Assembly: GCA_963835995.1 (NCBI GenBank)
Contig: CAWIHW010000001.1
Location: 1,687,700 to 1,751,699, forward strand
Reading direction: 5' to 3'
Length of the DNA stretch: 64,000 nt
Source of the DNA: an uncultured Chitinophagaceae bacterium
Lineage (GTDB): Bacteria > Bacteroidota > Bacteroidia > Chitinophagales > Chitinophagaceae
The first letter of the stretch is position 1. The number at the start of each line of letters is the position of its first letter. A model generated the notes under the pieces. That model had not been told where the DNA came from. It did no database searches and saw nothing but the letters and a program-made list of their open reading frames with translations. Both the position numbers and the translations under genes were made by a program. This document shows, piece after piece, positions 49,778 through 59,341 of this stretch.

Positions 49778-50077
49778 ATGAACGTTAACATTCAGTCTCT
49801 GCATTTCGACGCAGATTCGAAATTGGTTTCCTACGTTGAAAAAAAGATTACCAAGCTCAACCAATTTCATGATCGGATTACCAAAGTAGATGTTTTTCTG
49901 AAACTTGATAACGTAGTGCATACGATTAAGGACAAAGTGGCCGAAATAAGAGTGCACGTGCCGAGGCATGACTTTTTTGTGAAGCATTCTTCCAAGTCTT
50001 TTGAAGAAAGTTTTGATCTTGCGCTCGATTCCGTAATAACGCAAATGAAGCGTAAAAAAGATAAAATGGCAGCCTGA
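49778..50077 (+). CDS. hpf: Ribosome hibernation promoting factor (HPF/RaiA)
   Basis: MNVNIQSLHFDAD..SKSFEESFD; start refined to ATG 49778. Confidence 0.92.
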   Translation: MNVNIQSLHFDADSKLVSYVEKKITKLNQFHDRITKVDVFLKLDNVVHTIKDKVAEIRVHVPRHDFFVKHSSKSFEESFDLALDSVITQMKRKKDKMAA

Positions 50078-50101
50078 TATTATTTATAATAGATACTGGT
50101 C

Positions 50102-50126
50102 CCCCGCATTTGCGGGGTATTTTTTT
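50102..50126 (+). terminator. Intrinsic terminator after hpf
   Basis: CCCCGC-ATTT-GCGGGG followed by a T-run. Confidence 0.75.
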
Positions 50127-50198
50127 GTCTTCCCGAATCTTCCTGAAACCGCCCGGCATACAGGTTTGTAAGCTCCTTAAAATTTCTGTTTCAAAATT

Positions 50199-50227
50199 TT
50201 TGCATTAAACAATTTCCATTACCTTTG
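50199..50227 (+). promoter_or_regulatory. Promoter of the tRNA-tuf operon (-33 TTTG, -7 TACCTTTG)
   Basis: 17-nt spacer between the elements. Confidence 0.7.
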
Positions 50228-50298
50228 CCTTCCCAAAAAAATAGCCTTGCAGAGGTATGTGCAATTGGGGAGTTCATTTACAGGTAAAGTAGGCAATT

Positions 50299-50372
50299 GC
50301 CAGTGTAGCTCAGTTGGCCAGAGCAGCTGATTTGTAATCAGCTGGTCGGGGGTTCGAATCCCTCCACTGGCT
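50299..50372 (+). tRNA. tRNA-Thr(TGT)
   Basis: GCCAGTG/CACTGGC acceptor stem, anticodon loop TTTGTAA, GGTTCGAATCC. Confidence 0.96.
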
Positions 50373-50453
50373 CTTTGGTTCCGAGATATATGATTGCAGT
50401 TTGTCAGCAAAATATTACAACTGGGTTTCATTTTTCAGCCGAAGCATGCTAAC

Positions 50454-50536
50454 GGGCAGTTTCCAGAGCGGCCAAATGGGGCGGACTGTAAATCCGCTGT
50501 CTTTCGACTTCGGTGGTTCGAATCCACCACTGCCCA
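50454..50536 (+). tRNA. tRNA-Tyr(GTA)
   Basis: GGGCAGT/ACTGCCC acceptor stem, loop CTGTAAA, long variable arm. Confidence 0.96.
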
Positions 50537-50585
50537 CATATTTTGTTTGGCTTTATGGAGATGGATGAGTTTTGACTTCTTTCAA

Positions 50586-50639
50586 GCTGTTATAGCTCTG
50601 ATAAAGAGCATCCCGATGGGTAATCGGGAAGGTAGTGAG
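50586..50639 (+). pseudogene. Degenerate 3'-truncated copy of tRNA-Thr(GGT)
   Basis: Shares the 20-nt leader and GCTGTT.TAGCTC..GAGCA with the intact gene; GGT loop in a TCCCGA/TCGGGA stem; no T-loop or 3' acceptor strand. Confidence 0.7.
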
Positions 50640-50683
50640 AAAGAGGATAGTTTTTTGAGATAAATGAGTTTGACTTCTTTCAA

Positions 50684-50755
<72 letters not shown>

Positions 50756-50785
50756 CTAATAAAAATGGTATTATTAACTATATAA

Positions 50786-50858
50786 GCGGAAGTAGCTCAT
50801 TTGGTAGAGCGATAGCCTTCCAAGCTATAGGTGGCGAGTTCGAGCCTCGTCTTCCGCT
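50786..50858 (+). tRNA. tRNA-Gly(TCC)
   Basis: GCGGAAG/CTTCCGC acceptor stem, loop CTTCCAA. Confidence 0.96.
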
Positions 50859-50912
50859 CAGAAAGGTGTGTAACAAGCGCCTGAATATTTAAAACATACA
50901 AAAACAAAAAAA

Positions 50913-52100
50913 ATGGCAAAAGAGAATTTTAAAAGGGATAAACCCCACGTTAACGTTGGAACCATCGGTCACGTGGATCATGGTAAAACAACGCTGACTG
51001 CCGCTATAACCGATATTTTGTCTAAAAAGGGTTTGGCGGAGAAAAAAGGTTATGATGAAATTGATGGTGCTCCTGAAGAAAAAGAAAGGGGTATTACGAT
51101 TAATACAGCTCACGTAGAGTATGCGACTGCCAATCGCCATTACGCTCACGTAGATTGCCCCGGTCACGCCGATTATGTGAAGAACATGATTACCGGTGCC
51201 GCGCAAATGGATGGTGCTATATTAGTGGTAGCAGCTACGGATGGTCCTATGCCTCAAACAAGAGAGCACATTTTGCTGGCACGTCAGGTGGGTGTACCCC
51301 GTATGGTGGTGTTTATGAATAAAGTAGATCTCGTGGATGATCCTGAGTTACTCGAACTGGTAGAAATGGAAATTCGTGAATTACTTACCAAAAACGGCTT
51401 TGATGGTGACAATACGCCGATCATCAAGGGATCTGCAACCGGCGCATTAGCTGGCGATGATAAATGGGTAAAAGCTATTGATGAGCTGATGGATGCAGTT
51501 GACTCTTACATTCCATTACCACCCCGTCCTGTAGATCAGCCATTCCTTATGAGTGTGGAAGACGTATTTTCTATCACAGGTCGTGGTACGGTGGCAACCG
51601 GCCGTATCGAAAGAGGTCGAGTAAGAGTAGGTGATCCGGTGGAAATTGTAGGTCTAATGGAAAAACCTCTTACGTCTGTAGTTACCGGCGTGGAAATGTT
51701 TAAGAAATTGCTGGACGAAGGTGAAGCCGGCGACAATGCAGGTATCCTGTTGCGCGGTATTGAAAAAACCCAGATCCGTCGCGGTATGGTAATCTGCAAA
51801 CCGGGAAGTATTACTCCGCACACCGAATTCAAAGGTGAGGTATATGTACTGAGCAAAGATGAAGGCGGACGTCACACTCCATTCTTCAATAAATATCGCC
51901 CCCAGTTTTATTTCAGAACTACAGACGTAACTGGTGAAGTAGAATTACCGGCAGGAACCGAAATGGTAATGCCCGGCGATAATACTTCGCTCACTGTAAA
52001 ACTGATTGCGCCCATCGCTATGGAAAAAGGTCTCAAATTCGCTATCCGCGAAGGCGGACGTACAGTAGGCGCAGGACAGGTTACTGAAATAATAAAATAA
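50913..52100 (+). CDS. tuf: Elongation factor Tu
   Basis: [34 protein letters not shown]. Confidence 0.99.
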   Translation: MAKENFKRDKPHVNVGTIGHVDHGKTTLTAAITDILSKKGLAEKKGYDEIDGAPEEKERGITINTAHVEYATANRHYAHVDCPGHADYVKNMITGAAQMDGAILVVAATDGPMPQTREHILLARQVGVPRMVVFMNKVDLVDDPELLELVEMEIRELLTKNGFDGDNTPIIKGSATGALAGDDKWVKAIDELMDAVDSYIPLPPRPVDQPFLMSVEDVFSITGRGTVATGRIERGRVRVGDPVEIVGLMEKPLTSVVTGVEMFKKLLDEGEAGDNAGILLRGIEKTQIRRGMVICKPGSITPHTEFKGEVYVLSKDEGGRHTPFFNKYRPQFYFRTTDVTGEVELPAGTEMVMPGDNTSLTVKLIAPIAMEKGLKFAIREGGRTVGAGQVTEIIK

Positions 52101-52101
52101 A

Positions 52102-52248
52102 GCCCTCTAAATCTCCCGAAGGGAGTTTTTGGGAAAGCTATAATGAAAACAAAGTACCTTTGGTAAGTAGCCATTGGTACTTTGTTTTTTAAAAAGTTCT
52201 TCGAATATTCAGAGCCTTTTAAGCTCTCCTTGGGAGGGTTTAGGAGGC
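52102..52248. repeat. REP/MITE-like element with imperfect ~28-bp terminal inverted repeats enclosing a terminator-like hairpin
   Basis: Left GCCCTCTAAATCTCCCGAAGGGAG vs right CTCTCCTTGGGAGGGTTTAGGAGGC; inner 13-bp stem 52146-52188. Confidence 0.55.
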
Positions 52249-52253
52249 CATTT

Positions 52254-52324
52254 ACGGGTATAGTTCAATGGTAGAATAGAGGTCTCCAAAACCTTTGATC
52301 AGGGTTCGAATCCTTGTACCCGTG
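52254..52324 (+). tRNA. tRNA-Trp(CCA)
   Basis: ACGGGTA/TACCCGT acceptor stem, loop CTCCAAA. Confidence 0.95.
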
Positions 52325-52357
52325 CGCTAAACGAAATACTATTTTTAAAAAAGGTTT

Positions 52358-52552
52358 ATGAATAAAATTTCAGTATACATCCGGGAGTCTTACAAAGAAA
52401 TGATGCAAAAGGTAACCTGGCCAACATGGGAAGAGTTGCAGCAATCCACCATGATTGTACTGGCGGCTACTTTAATTATTACGGGCCTGGTGGCATTGAT
52501 GGATTTCGCGTCCAATGGTGTATTAAAATTTATTTATTCTTTATTTAACTGA
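52358..52552 (+). CDS. secE: Preprotein translocase subunit SecE
   Basis: KVTWPTWEEL followed by one TM helix. Confidence 0.95.
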   Translation: MNKISVYIRESYKEMMQKVTWPTWEELQQSTMIVLAATLIITGLVALMDFASNGVLKFIYSLFN

Positions 52553-52554
52553 TC

Positions 52555-53184
52555 ATGACAGACAACAATATAGATGAAGCAAAAACCAGCGAAACTTCCG
52601 CTGAGCAGCCTTCCGTACCGGAGAAGGAAACAAAATGGTACGTATTACGGGTGGTGAGCGGAAAGGAAAGAAAAGTGAAAGAATACCTCGATAAGGACAT
52701 TGTGCGCAATGGCTGGGATAAACTCATCCTCCAGGTTTTTTTGCCGGTGGAAAAAGTTTACAAAGTGCAAAACGGCAAAAAGGTGATGCGCGAACGCAAC
52801 TTTTATCCCGGATATGTAATGATAGAAGTAGTAGATGGCAAACTTACCGACGAGATGGTACAGCACCTCAGCAACATCAGCAATGTAATGCATTTTCTTA
52901 CCGACGGAAAAGGTTCCAAAGGCAATATTATCAGCTTGCGTAAGGCGGAAGTAAATAAAATGCTTGGTAAAGTGGATGAAATGACTGATGCAGGGGGAAT
53001 GAAGATGAGCGAGCCTTTTATTGTTGGCGAAACAATTAAGATCATCGACGGACCTTTCAATGATTTCAATGGCGTAATTGAAGAAGTTACTGATGAGAAG
53101 AAGAAGCTGAAAGTACAGGTAAAAATCTTCGGCCGTGCTACTCCGGTAGAATTGAGCTATATGCAGGTAGAAAAGATTTCTTAA
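52555..53184 (+). CDS. nusG: Transcription termination/antitermination factor NusG
   Basis: KWYVLRVVSGKE, YPGYVMIE, KOW (GPFNDFNG), IFGRATPVEL. Confidence 0.97.
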   Translation: MTDNNIDEAKTSETSAEQPSVPEKETKWYVLRVVSGKERKVKEYLDKDIVRNGWDKLILQVFLPVEKVYKVQNGKKVMRERNFYPGYVMIEVVDGKLTDEMVQHLSNISNVMHFLTDGKGSKGNIISLRKAEVNKMLGKVDEMTDAGGMKMSEPFIVGETIKIIDGPFNDFNGVIEEVTDEKKKLKVQVKIFGRATPVELSYMQVEKIS

Positions 53185-53236
53185 AAAGGATATTTTGATT
53201 TCACGAAGCCATTTCAGCAATGAAGTGGTTTTTTAT

Positions 53237-53611
53237 TTACTCCTCTTTTCTTTTAACCAACAAATACCAGTCATTCTCCAGCGGCAGATATCCAAGGTCA
53301 TAGCAAAAGAAATACACAGTACCTTTTTTATTTGTATAAGTATTAGTGATATACTTAAACTGAAATCCTTTTTGTAATAATTTTTCTTTTGTTGTTTTGG
53401 TCATTTCTTCCCCAGCGAAAAACATGCTTTCCAGTATACGCCGGTTTTTTCCAAGAGCATTGTTGATGTTTCTCACAAGATTGTTGGTGACTGATTTAAG
53501 CTGGTTGTTGTAATTGTTCCGGCAATAATCATCACAAAACTTTTTATCAGTGCGGCCTTTCAACGGTTTTCTGCAGCTAAGACATTCTCGCGTGTTTGTT
53601 GCTGCTGCCAT
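53237..53611 (-). CDS. Hypothetical protein with N-terminal Cys4 zinc ribbon
   Basis: CLSCRKPLKGRTDKKFCDDYC. Confidence 0.75.
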   Translation of the reverse strand: MAAATNTRECLSCRKPLKGRTDKKFCDDYCRNNYNNQLKSVTNNLVRNINNALGKNRRILESMFFAGEEMTKTTKEKLLQKGFQFKYITNTYTNKKGTVYFFCYDLGYLPLENDWYLLVKRKEE

Positions 53612-53822
53612 GCTTATTGGTATTAAGTTTCAAAGGAAGGTACGATAAATATTTTACATGTACAAGTGCTTACAAACGGTTATATCCATATAGAAACGAT
53701 TAAAATACAAGTATCGCTTTTTCACAATAGCATCTTTGCGGTGTTGATGTTGCGCAACAATCGTCAACTGAAATAAACAAATTTTAAGAACATGCTCTTG
53801 AATGAGCGCAAAACTCAAAATC

Positions 53823-54167
53823 ATGAATGCTTTAAAAAACAAAGTTCAATTGATCGGAAACTTAGGTAATGCACCTGAAGTACGCGACACGGAAAGTGGT
53901 AAAAAATTAGCCCGTTTTTCCATCGCCACCAATGAAAACTATCGTAATGCAAAAGGAGAAAAAGTTACCGAAACGCAATGGCACAATCTCATAGCGTGGG
54001 GTAAGGTGGCAGAAATAGTTGAAAAATATCTTGGCAAAGGAAGCGAAATCGCCATTGAAGGAAAATTAGTAAACCGTAGTTATACCGATAAAGAAGGTAA
54101 TAAAAAATATGTTACTGAAATACAGGTGCACGACCTATTGATGCTTGGTAGTAAGTCTGCTGCATAA
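53823..54167 (+). CDS. ssb: Second single-stranded DNA-binding protein (short, no acidic tail)
   Basis: NKVQLIGNLGNAPE, TQWHNLIAWGK; start refined to ATG 53823. Confidence 0.92.
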   Translation: MNALKNKVQLIGNLGNAPEVRDTESGKKLARFSIATNENYRNAKGEKVTETQWHNLIAWGKVAEIVEKYLGKGSEIAIEGKLVNRSYTDKEGNKKYVTEIQVHDLLMLGSKSAA

Positions 54168-54177
54168 TTCTATCTTT

Positions 54178-54221
54178 ACCGCGGATGATATTGTATTATT
54201 ATAATATCGTCCGCGGTTTTT
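54178..54221 (+). terminator. Terminator-like hairpin between ssb2 and the helicase
   Basis: ACCGCGGATGATATT...AATATCGTCCGCGGT followed by a T-run. Confidence 0.7.
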
Positions 54222-54249
54222 TAACTTTATTCATCGGTAATATGACGTC

Positions 54250-56745
54250 ATGCAAACTATCGGTTCTATCGAACACAATGAATTATTCGATCTGGCCTTT
54301 CGCTTCGTGTCAGAGACGAATGAAAATATTTTCCTGACCGGCAAGGCAGGAACAGGCAAGACTACTTTTTTGAAATACCTGATTCAGCATTGTGCTAAAA
54401 ATATAGTAGTGGCAGCACCCACAGGCGTTGCCGCAATTAATGCAGCCGGTGTTACATTGCACAGTCTCTTTCAGCTTCCTTTGCATCCGTTTTTACCCAC
54501 TGCCGCAAATCGAAAGGAGTTACTATCCCGGATGAAATTTAACCGGCATCGCCAGCATTTGCTTCACAAAATGGAATTGCTCGTGATTGACGAGATTAGC
54601 ATGGTTCGTTGTGATGTGCTGGACGCAGTAGATACTATTTTAAGATCGGTGCGAAGAAATTATGATGCACCATTTGGCGGTGTGCAGATGCTCTTCATTG
54701 GTGATATGTTCCAATTGCCGCCGGTGGCGCAGCAGCAGGAGTGGGAGATTTTGAGAGAGTATTACAACACACCTTTTTTTTTCAATAGTAATGTAATAAA
54801 AGACCAGGTGCCTCTGTTGATCGAACTGAAAAAAATATATCGCCAGAAAGATGGCGACTTCGTTTCATTGCTCAATAAGGTGAGAAACAATGAAATGACT
54901 TCAGGTGATTTTGCAAACCTGCATCAGCGCTACGATGCCACCTTTCGTCCGGGGCATGATGAAAAATATATCACGCTCACTTCTCATAATAACATTGCCG
55001 ACCAGATCAATCATAGGGAGTTATATAAACTAAATAGTGTATCGCACAAATATGAAGCATTTATCGAGGGAGATTTTCCAGAAAAGAATTATCCTGCCGA
55101 AGCAGAACTTATATTGAAAGAAGGCGCCCAGGTAATGTTTTTGAAAAACGATTTGGTAAATAAGAGGTACTTCAATGGAAAGATTGGCGTGATCAAAGAG
55201 TTGAAAGATGATAAAATAATAGTTAACTGCGATGATCTGGATATTGATGTATCAAAGGAAATATGGGAAAATACAAGATACGCGCTGAACAGAAGTGATG
55301 GCAAGCTGGAGCAGGAGAGGGTAGGAGCATTTACGCAATTTCCTTTGCGGCTAGCATGGGCCATCACCATTCACAAAAGCCAGGGGCTTACTTTTGATAA
55401 AGTGATGATCGATGCCGCCGCTGCTTTCAGCAGCGGCCAGGTATATGTGGCACTCAGCCGTTGCACGAGTCTCGATGGAATAGTGTTGATGTCGAAGCTT
55501 TCACCTTCGGTTATTTATTCGAACGACACGGTGGTGCAGGCAGAAAAAAAGTTTTTGCCCAAAGGGTCGCTTGCCGAACGATTTGAAGGTGCCCGCCAGA
55601 TATTTACACAACAATTGCTTGAAGAAATTTTCTCTTTTGATAACATTGCTACAGCGATTGGAACAATCGACGAAGCCATAAAAAACGCATCGGATAAATT
55701 GAATAAAGAATCGGCAGAATGGATTGAAAAAATTAAAATGCAATTTTCAGTCGATAAGGCAACAGGTGCCAAATTCCTCAGCCGCATTGGTGAAATGATG
55801 CGAACAGAACCGGTGATTGAAAACAATGAGTTATTGCAAAAGCGCGTTAGTGATGCGGCAGCCTATTTTATAAATCAAATGGGTTTTTATCAGCGATCAA
55901 TGAAAGAATATCCTCTTGTTACCGAACATCGCGAAGTGGCGACGGTGATAAATGAATCATTAAACCAGTTGGCACTTGCACTTCATACTGCAGAATATTA
56001 TTTGCATTACTGCCTGCAGCCATTTATGATTTCAACATTTTTAAAGCATAAACTGCAATATGCACAGCCTCGTTTTAATCTCACCTGTTATGCAGGAAAC
56101 AGAAAGCAATTGGCGAGCGATATGCCCAACTTGCCATTATATATAAGCCTGAAACAATGGCGCGATGCCATATGCGACAGGGCAAACCTGCCGATTTATC
56201 TGGTTGCCAACCAGGCCACGCTAAAAGATATTGCTAATTATCTTCCGATGAGCAAAAGCGATCTTATGAAGTTGTACGGCCTTGGGGCCGCCAAGGTGGA
56301 TAAATACGGAGATGAAATATTGAAATTGGTAAGCGAGTATTGCGAGAGATATCATATTGCAACCAACATGGAAGCGAAGGCTGATGAGCCTAAAAGAGAA
56401 AGGAAACCAAAAGCAGACGGCAATAGCACGGATTCCAGAACAGTGTCCTTGAAACTGTATCGTTTGGGGAAAACCACAGGAGAGATTGCTGCCGAGAGAA
56501 ATCTTGCAATCAGTACTATCGAAGGGCATCTTGCATGGTTTGTTGGCAACGGCGATATTCCGATTGATGATATTGTTCCTAAAGAAAAGCAGTCATTAAT
56601 AATTGAAGCGGCCGAAAAACTGGGATGGCAATCAATAACAGAACTTAAGAAGCATCTTCCCGCCGATATCAGTTACAATGAAATAAGAATGGTGGTTTCA
56701 AAACACAGGGATACAACTGGAAGTGATGATTCTAAGTATGAATAA
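54250..56745 (+). CDS. PIF1/RecD-like SF1B helicase with HRDC and C-terminal helix-turn-helix domains
   Basis: TGKAGTGKT, IDEISM, GDMFQLPP, WAITIHKSQGLT, YVALSR; HRDC (LKQWRDAIC..GAAKVDKYG). Confidence 0.9.
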   Translation: MQTIGSIEHNELFDLAFRFVSETNENIFLTGKAGTGKTTFLKYLIQHCAKNIVVAAPTGVAAINAAGVTLHSLFQLPLHPFLPTAANRKELLSRMKFNRHRQHLLHKMELLVIDEISMVRCDVLDAVDTILRSVRRNYDAPFGGVQMLFIGDMFQLPPVAQQQEWEILREYYNTPFFFNSNVIKDQVPLLIELKKIYRQKDGDFVSLLNKVRNNEMTSGDFANLHQRYDATFRPGHDEKYITLTSHNNIADQINHRELYKLNSVSHKYEAFIEGDFPEKNYPAEAELILKEGAQVMFLKNDLVNKRYFNGKIGVIKELKDDKIIVNCDDLDIDVSKEIWENTRYALNRSDGKLEQERVGAFTQFPLRLAWAITIHKSQGLTFDKVMIDAAAAFSSGQVYVALSRCTSLDGIVLMSKLSPSVIYSNDTVVQAEKKFLPKGSLAERFEGARQIFTQQLLEEIFSFDNIATAIGTIDEAIKNASDKLNKESAEWIEKIKMQFSVDKATGAKFLSRIGEMMRTEPVIENNELLQKRVSDAAAYFINQMGFYQRSMKEYPLVTEHREVATVINESLNQLALALHTAEYYLHYCLQPFMISTFLKHKLQYAQPRFNLTCYAGNRKQLASDMPNLPLYISLKQWRDAICDRANLPIYLVANQATLKDIANYLPMSKSDLMKLYGLGAAKVDKYGDEILKLVSEYCERYHIATNMEAKADEPKRERKPKADGNSTDSRTVSLKLYRLGKTTGEIAAERNLAISTIEGHLAWFVGNGDIPIDDIVPKEKQSLIIEAAEKLGWQSITELKKHLPADISYNEIRMVVSKHRDTTGSDDSKYE

Positions 56746-56772
56746 ATTTTGCTTAGGAAACTTTAAGGCAGC

Positions 56773-56808
56773 AAACTTTTGGAAGGTTTCAGAACTTTCC
56801 AAAAGTTT
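56773..56808. repeat. REP-like palindrome AAACTTTTGGAAGGTT-TCAG-AACTTTCCAAAAGTTT
   Basis: 16-bp stem with one G:T pair. Confidence 0.65.
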
Positions 56809-56828
56809 TACAAGCGCTACATTTGTGT

Positions 56829-57290
56829 ATGTCCAAAAACATTTCTCAGCTTCTCATAGGCGCTATTGTTCTGCTGGCAATAGGTTATTATGTTGGCAAA
56901 TATTACTCCGGTTCAAAAAGCACTAATACTACCGTTACAAACCCGGTGAGTAAAACCAACGGGACTAATGAACAAACATCCACTTCTGTCCCGGTTGGTA
57001 ATACAACACGATCCGTTGCAGGTGTTCCACAAAAGGCGTTGAATGTACTTAAATATGTGCGTGCGCATAACGAGCCAATGGACGGCTATGTAGGCGGAAG
57101 AACATTTGGTAACTATGAACATCGCCTGCCGGAAACGGACGACAACGGCAACCCGATGCGTTACCAGGAATGGGACGTGAATCCCAAAGTGGAGGGCCAG
57201 AACAGGGGAACACAACGACTCATCACCAGCGCTAACGGCAGAGCGTGGTACACGGGTGATCATTACCAAACATTCATTGAAATAAAATAA
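56829..57290 (+). CDS. Barnase/RNase Sa-like guanyl-specific ribonuclease with N-terminal membrane anchor
   Basis: GGRTFGNYEHRLP, YQEWDV, RGTQRL, YTGDHYQTF (catalytic E/R/H present). Confidence 0.9.
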   Translation: MSKNISQLLIGAIVLLAIGYYVGKYYSGSKSTNTTVTNPVSKTNGTNEQTSTSVPVGNTTRSVAGVPQKALNVLKYVRAHNEPMDGYVGGRTFGNYEHRLPETDDNGNPMRYQEWDVNPKVEGQNRGTQRLITSANGRAWYTGDHYQTFIEIK

Positions 57291-57292
57291 GG

Positions 57293-57601
57293 ATGTCTGT
57301 AAATAATTTTTATACGGAGGGGCATACGCGTTATGTTTTTATTGACGGTTTGCTATGTGATACGATGGAGAAAATATATGCTACATTGAAAACACAACTT
57401 TCGTTGCCAGACTATTTTGGAAATAATTTAGACGCGTTGAGCGATGTGTTGAATGACCTGGAATGGGTGAAAGAAAAGAAAGTGAAGCTGATCATTTTGA
57501 ATAAAGATGCATTGTTGAGTAAAGAAAAAGATAAACTGAAAAATTTTCTGTCTGTATTAAGCAATGCTGCCTCAAACAGGTTAGATGTAATCAATCCATA
57601 A
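57293..57601 (+). CDS. Barstar family ribonuclease inhibitor
   Basis: LSLPDYFGNNLDALSDVLNDL; 2 nt downstream of the RNase gene. Confidence 0.92.
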   Translation: MSVNNFYTEGHTRYVFIDGLLCDTMEKIYATLKTQLSLPDYFGNNLDALSDVLNDLEWVKEKKVKLIILNKDALLSKEKDKLKNFLSVLSNAASNRLDVINP

Positions 57602-57620
57602 TCATAATAAATCAACGGCT

Positions 57621-57830
57621 ATGGAAAGTAAGGAATATTCAAATGGTGAAATAACCATTGTATGGCAATCCAAATTGTGTCAGCATTCGGGAGTATGTGT
57701 AAAAACTTTACCTGCCGTTTATCGTCCGAAAGAGCATCCGTGGATAAAAATGGAAAATGCTAAATCAGAAGAATTGATAAAGCAGGTGGCAAAATGTCCG
57801 TCGGGTGCGCTGAGTATAAAAAAAGGATAA
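57621..57830 (+). CDS. YjdI-like divergent (4Fe-4S) mono-cluster protein
   Basis: CQHSGVCV..RPKEHPWI..CPSGALS. Confidence 0.85.
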   Translation: MESKEYSNGEITIVWQSKLCQHSGVCVKTLPAVYRPKEHPWIKMENAKSEELIKQVAKCPSGALSIKKG

Positions 57831-57832
57831 GT

Positions 57833-57866
57833 GATTTTTTGAAAAGTTTGAGACTTCTAAAGGTTT
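57833..57866. repeat. Degenerate REP-like palindrome related to 56773-56808
   Basis: GATTTTTTGAAAAGTT-TGAG-ACTTCTAAAGGTTT. Confidence 0.4.
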
Positions 57867-58023
57867 TCGTTGATTAATGAGCTATCAATCAACGGCTAAA
57901 GGATGTGTATACCCAGTGTGTATGTTAGCGAAGTAGCAGAGCCAAGCGGTGCCCGAAGCAGCCTGAACTATAGCTGATGCATGCGCCGTTGCCGATAGCC
58001 CAAAAACCAATCAAAAAAACTTC

Positions 58024-58053
58024 TTGCGGGATTCAGTTCTTTTTATACCTTTG
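58024..58053 (+). promoter_or_regulatory. rplK promoter (-33 TTG, -7 TACCTTTG)
   Basis: About 19-nt spacer; TAnnTTTG at 58046-53. Confidence 0.7.
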
Positions 58054-58087
58054 CCGTCCCAAAAAAGTTCTTTTATAAAGTTATTAA

Positions 58088-58122
58088 TTGGGAGCCCGCC
58101 ACAGGCGAGGCGCTAACACCAA
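58088..58122 (+). promoter_or_regulatory. Putative uL1-binding translational operator in the rplK leader
   Basis: TTGG-GAG-CCCGCCACAGGCGAGGC-GCTAACA-CCAA resembles the L1 autoregulatory internal-loop hairpin. Confidence 0.55.
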
Positions 58123-58132
58123 AATTTTTTAT

Positions 58133-58579
58133 ATGGCTAAAGAAATATCCGGCTATGTTAAGCTCCAATGCAAAGGAGGACAAGCCAACCCGGCACCGCC
58201 GATAGGACCTGCACTTGGTTCCAAAGGTGTCAACATCATGGAGTTCTGCAAGCAATTCAATGCGCGTACGCAGGACAGACAAGGGAAAGTACTCCCGGTA
58301 ATCATTACTGTTTACAGCGACAAATCCTTCGATTTTATTATTAAAACTCCCCCGGCAGCAGTGCAACTGAAAGATGCTGCCAAAATTCAAAGCGGCAGTA
58401 AAGAACCTAACCGCAACAAGGTGGGCAAGGTAACATGGGCACAGGTGGAGACTATAGCCAAAGATAAAATGGCTGATCTCAACGCCTTCACCCTCGAAAG
58501 CGCCATGAAAATGGTGGCTGGTACCGCTCGCAGCATGGGCCTTACTGTAGAAGGAGATGCCCCATGGACAAAAAATTAA
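58133..58579 (+). CDS. rplK: 50S ribosomal protein uL11
   Basis: [18 protein letters not shown]; start refined to ATG 58133. Confidence 0.98.
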   Translation: MAKEISGYVKLQCKGGQANPAPPIGPALGSKGVNIMEFCKQFNARTQDRQGKVLPVIITVYSDKSFDFIIKTPPAAVQLKDAAKIQSGSKEPNRNKVGKVTWAQVETIAKDKMADLNAFTLESAMKMVAGTARSMGLTVEGDAPWTKN

Positions 58580-58609
58580 TGATTTGTATCGCTATTAAAC
58601 TTTTTAAAA

Positions 58610-59293
58610 ATGATTAGCAAAAAAAGAAAGGCAGCTAACGCTAAAGTTGATCAAAGCAAGGCGTATTCCTTAAAGGAAGCTTCTGCCCTGATAAAAGATA
58701 TTAATACCACCCGGTTTGACGCATCGGTGGATCTTCATATCCGACTGGGTGTGGATCCAAAAAAAGCCGACCAGGCAGTTCGGGGAACTGTTTCACTTCC
58801 TCACGGCACTGGTAAAACAAAGAAAGTACTGGTATTATGTACGCCTGATAAAGAACAGGCTGCTAAAGACGCAGGCGCTGATTTCGTCGGTTTGGATGAA
58901 TTCATTACCAAAATAGATGGCGGGTGGACCGATGTGGATGTGATCATTGCTACTCCGTCTGTGATGCCTAAGATCGGTCGTTTGGGTAAAATATTAGGTC
59001 CGCGTAACCTGATGCCTAATCCTAAAACAGGAACGGTGACCAACGATGTAGCTGCAGCAGTGAATGAGGTAAAGGGCGGTAAGATTGCTTTCAAAGTGGA
59101 CAAGGTGGGTATTATTCATGCTTCGATTGGAAGGGTAAGTTTTTCGCCGGATAAGATTGAGGCTAACAGTCAGGAATTAATTAACGCGGTTATTAAATTG
59201 AAGCCTTCCAGTGCAAAGGGAATTTACCTGAGAAGCCTGAGCATGGCCAGCACCATGAGCCCGGGCATAACCATTGATGCAAAATCTGTTTAG
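58610..59293 (+). CDS. rplA: 50S ribosomal protein uL1
   Basis: [28 protein letters not shown]. Confidence 0.98.
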   Translation: MISKKRKAANAKVDQSKAYSLKEASALIKDINTTRFDASVDLHIRLGVDPKKADQAVRGTVSLPHGTGKTKKVLVLCTPDKEQAAKDAGADFVGLDEFITKIDGGWTDVDVIIATPSVMPKIGRLGKILGPRNLMPNPKTGTVTNDVAAAVNEVKGGKIAFKVDKVGIIHASIGRVSFSPDKIEANSQELINAVIKLKPSSAKGIYLRSLSMASTMSPGITIDAKSV

Positions 59294-59341
59294 AACAAAA
59301 ATTTGCTTTTGTATTTTATATAAAAGCTAAAAACAAATTGT

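Noticed and set aside
57900-58005. GC-richer segment upstream of the rplK promoter as an ncRNA or attC-like site
   Set aside because: No convincing inverted symmetry or second copy found by eye; would need an Rfam/Infernal search
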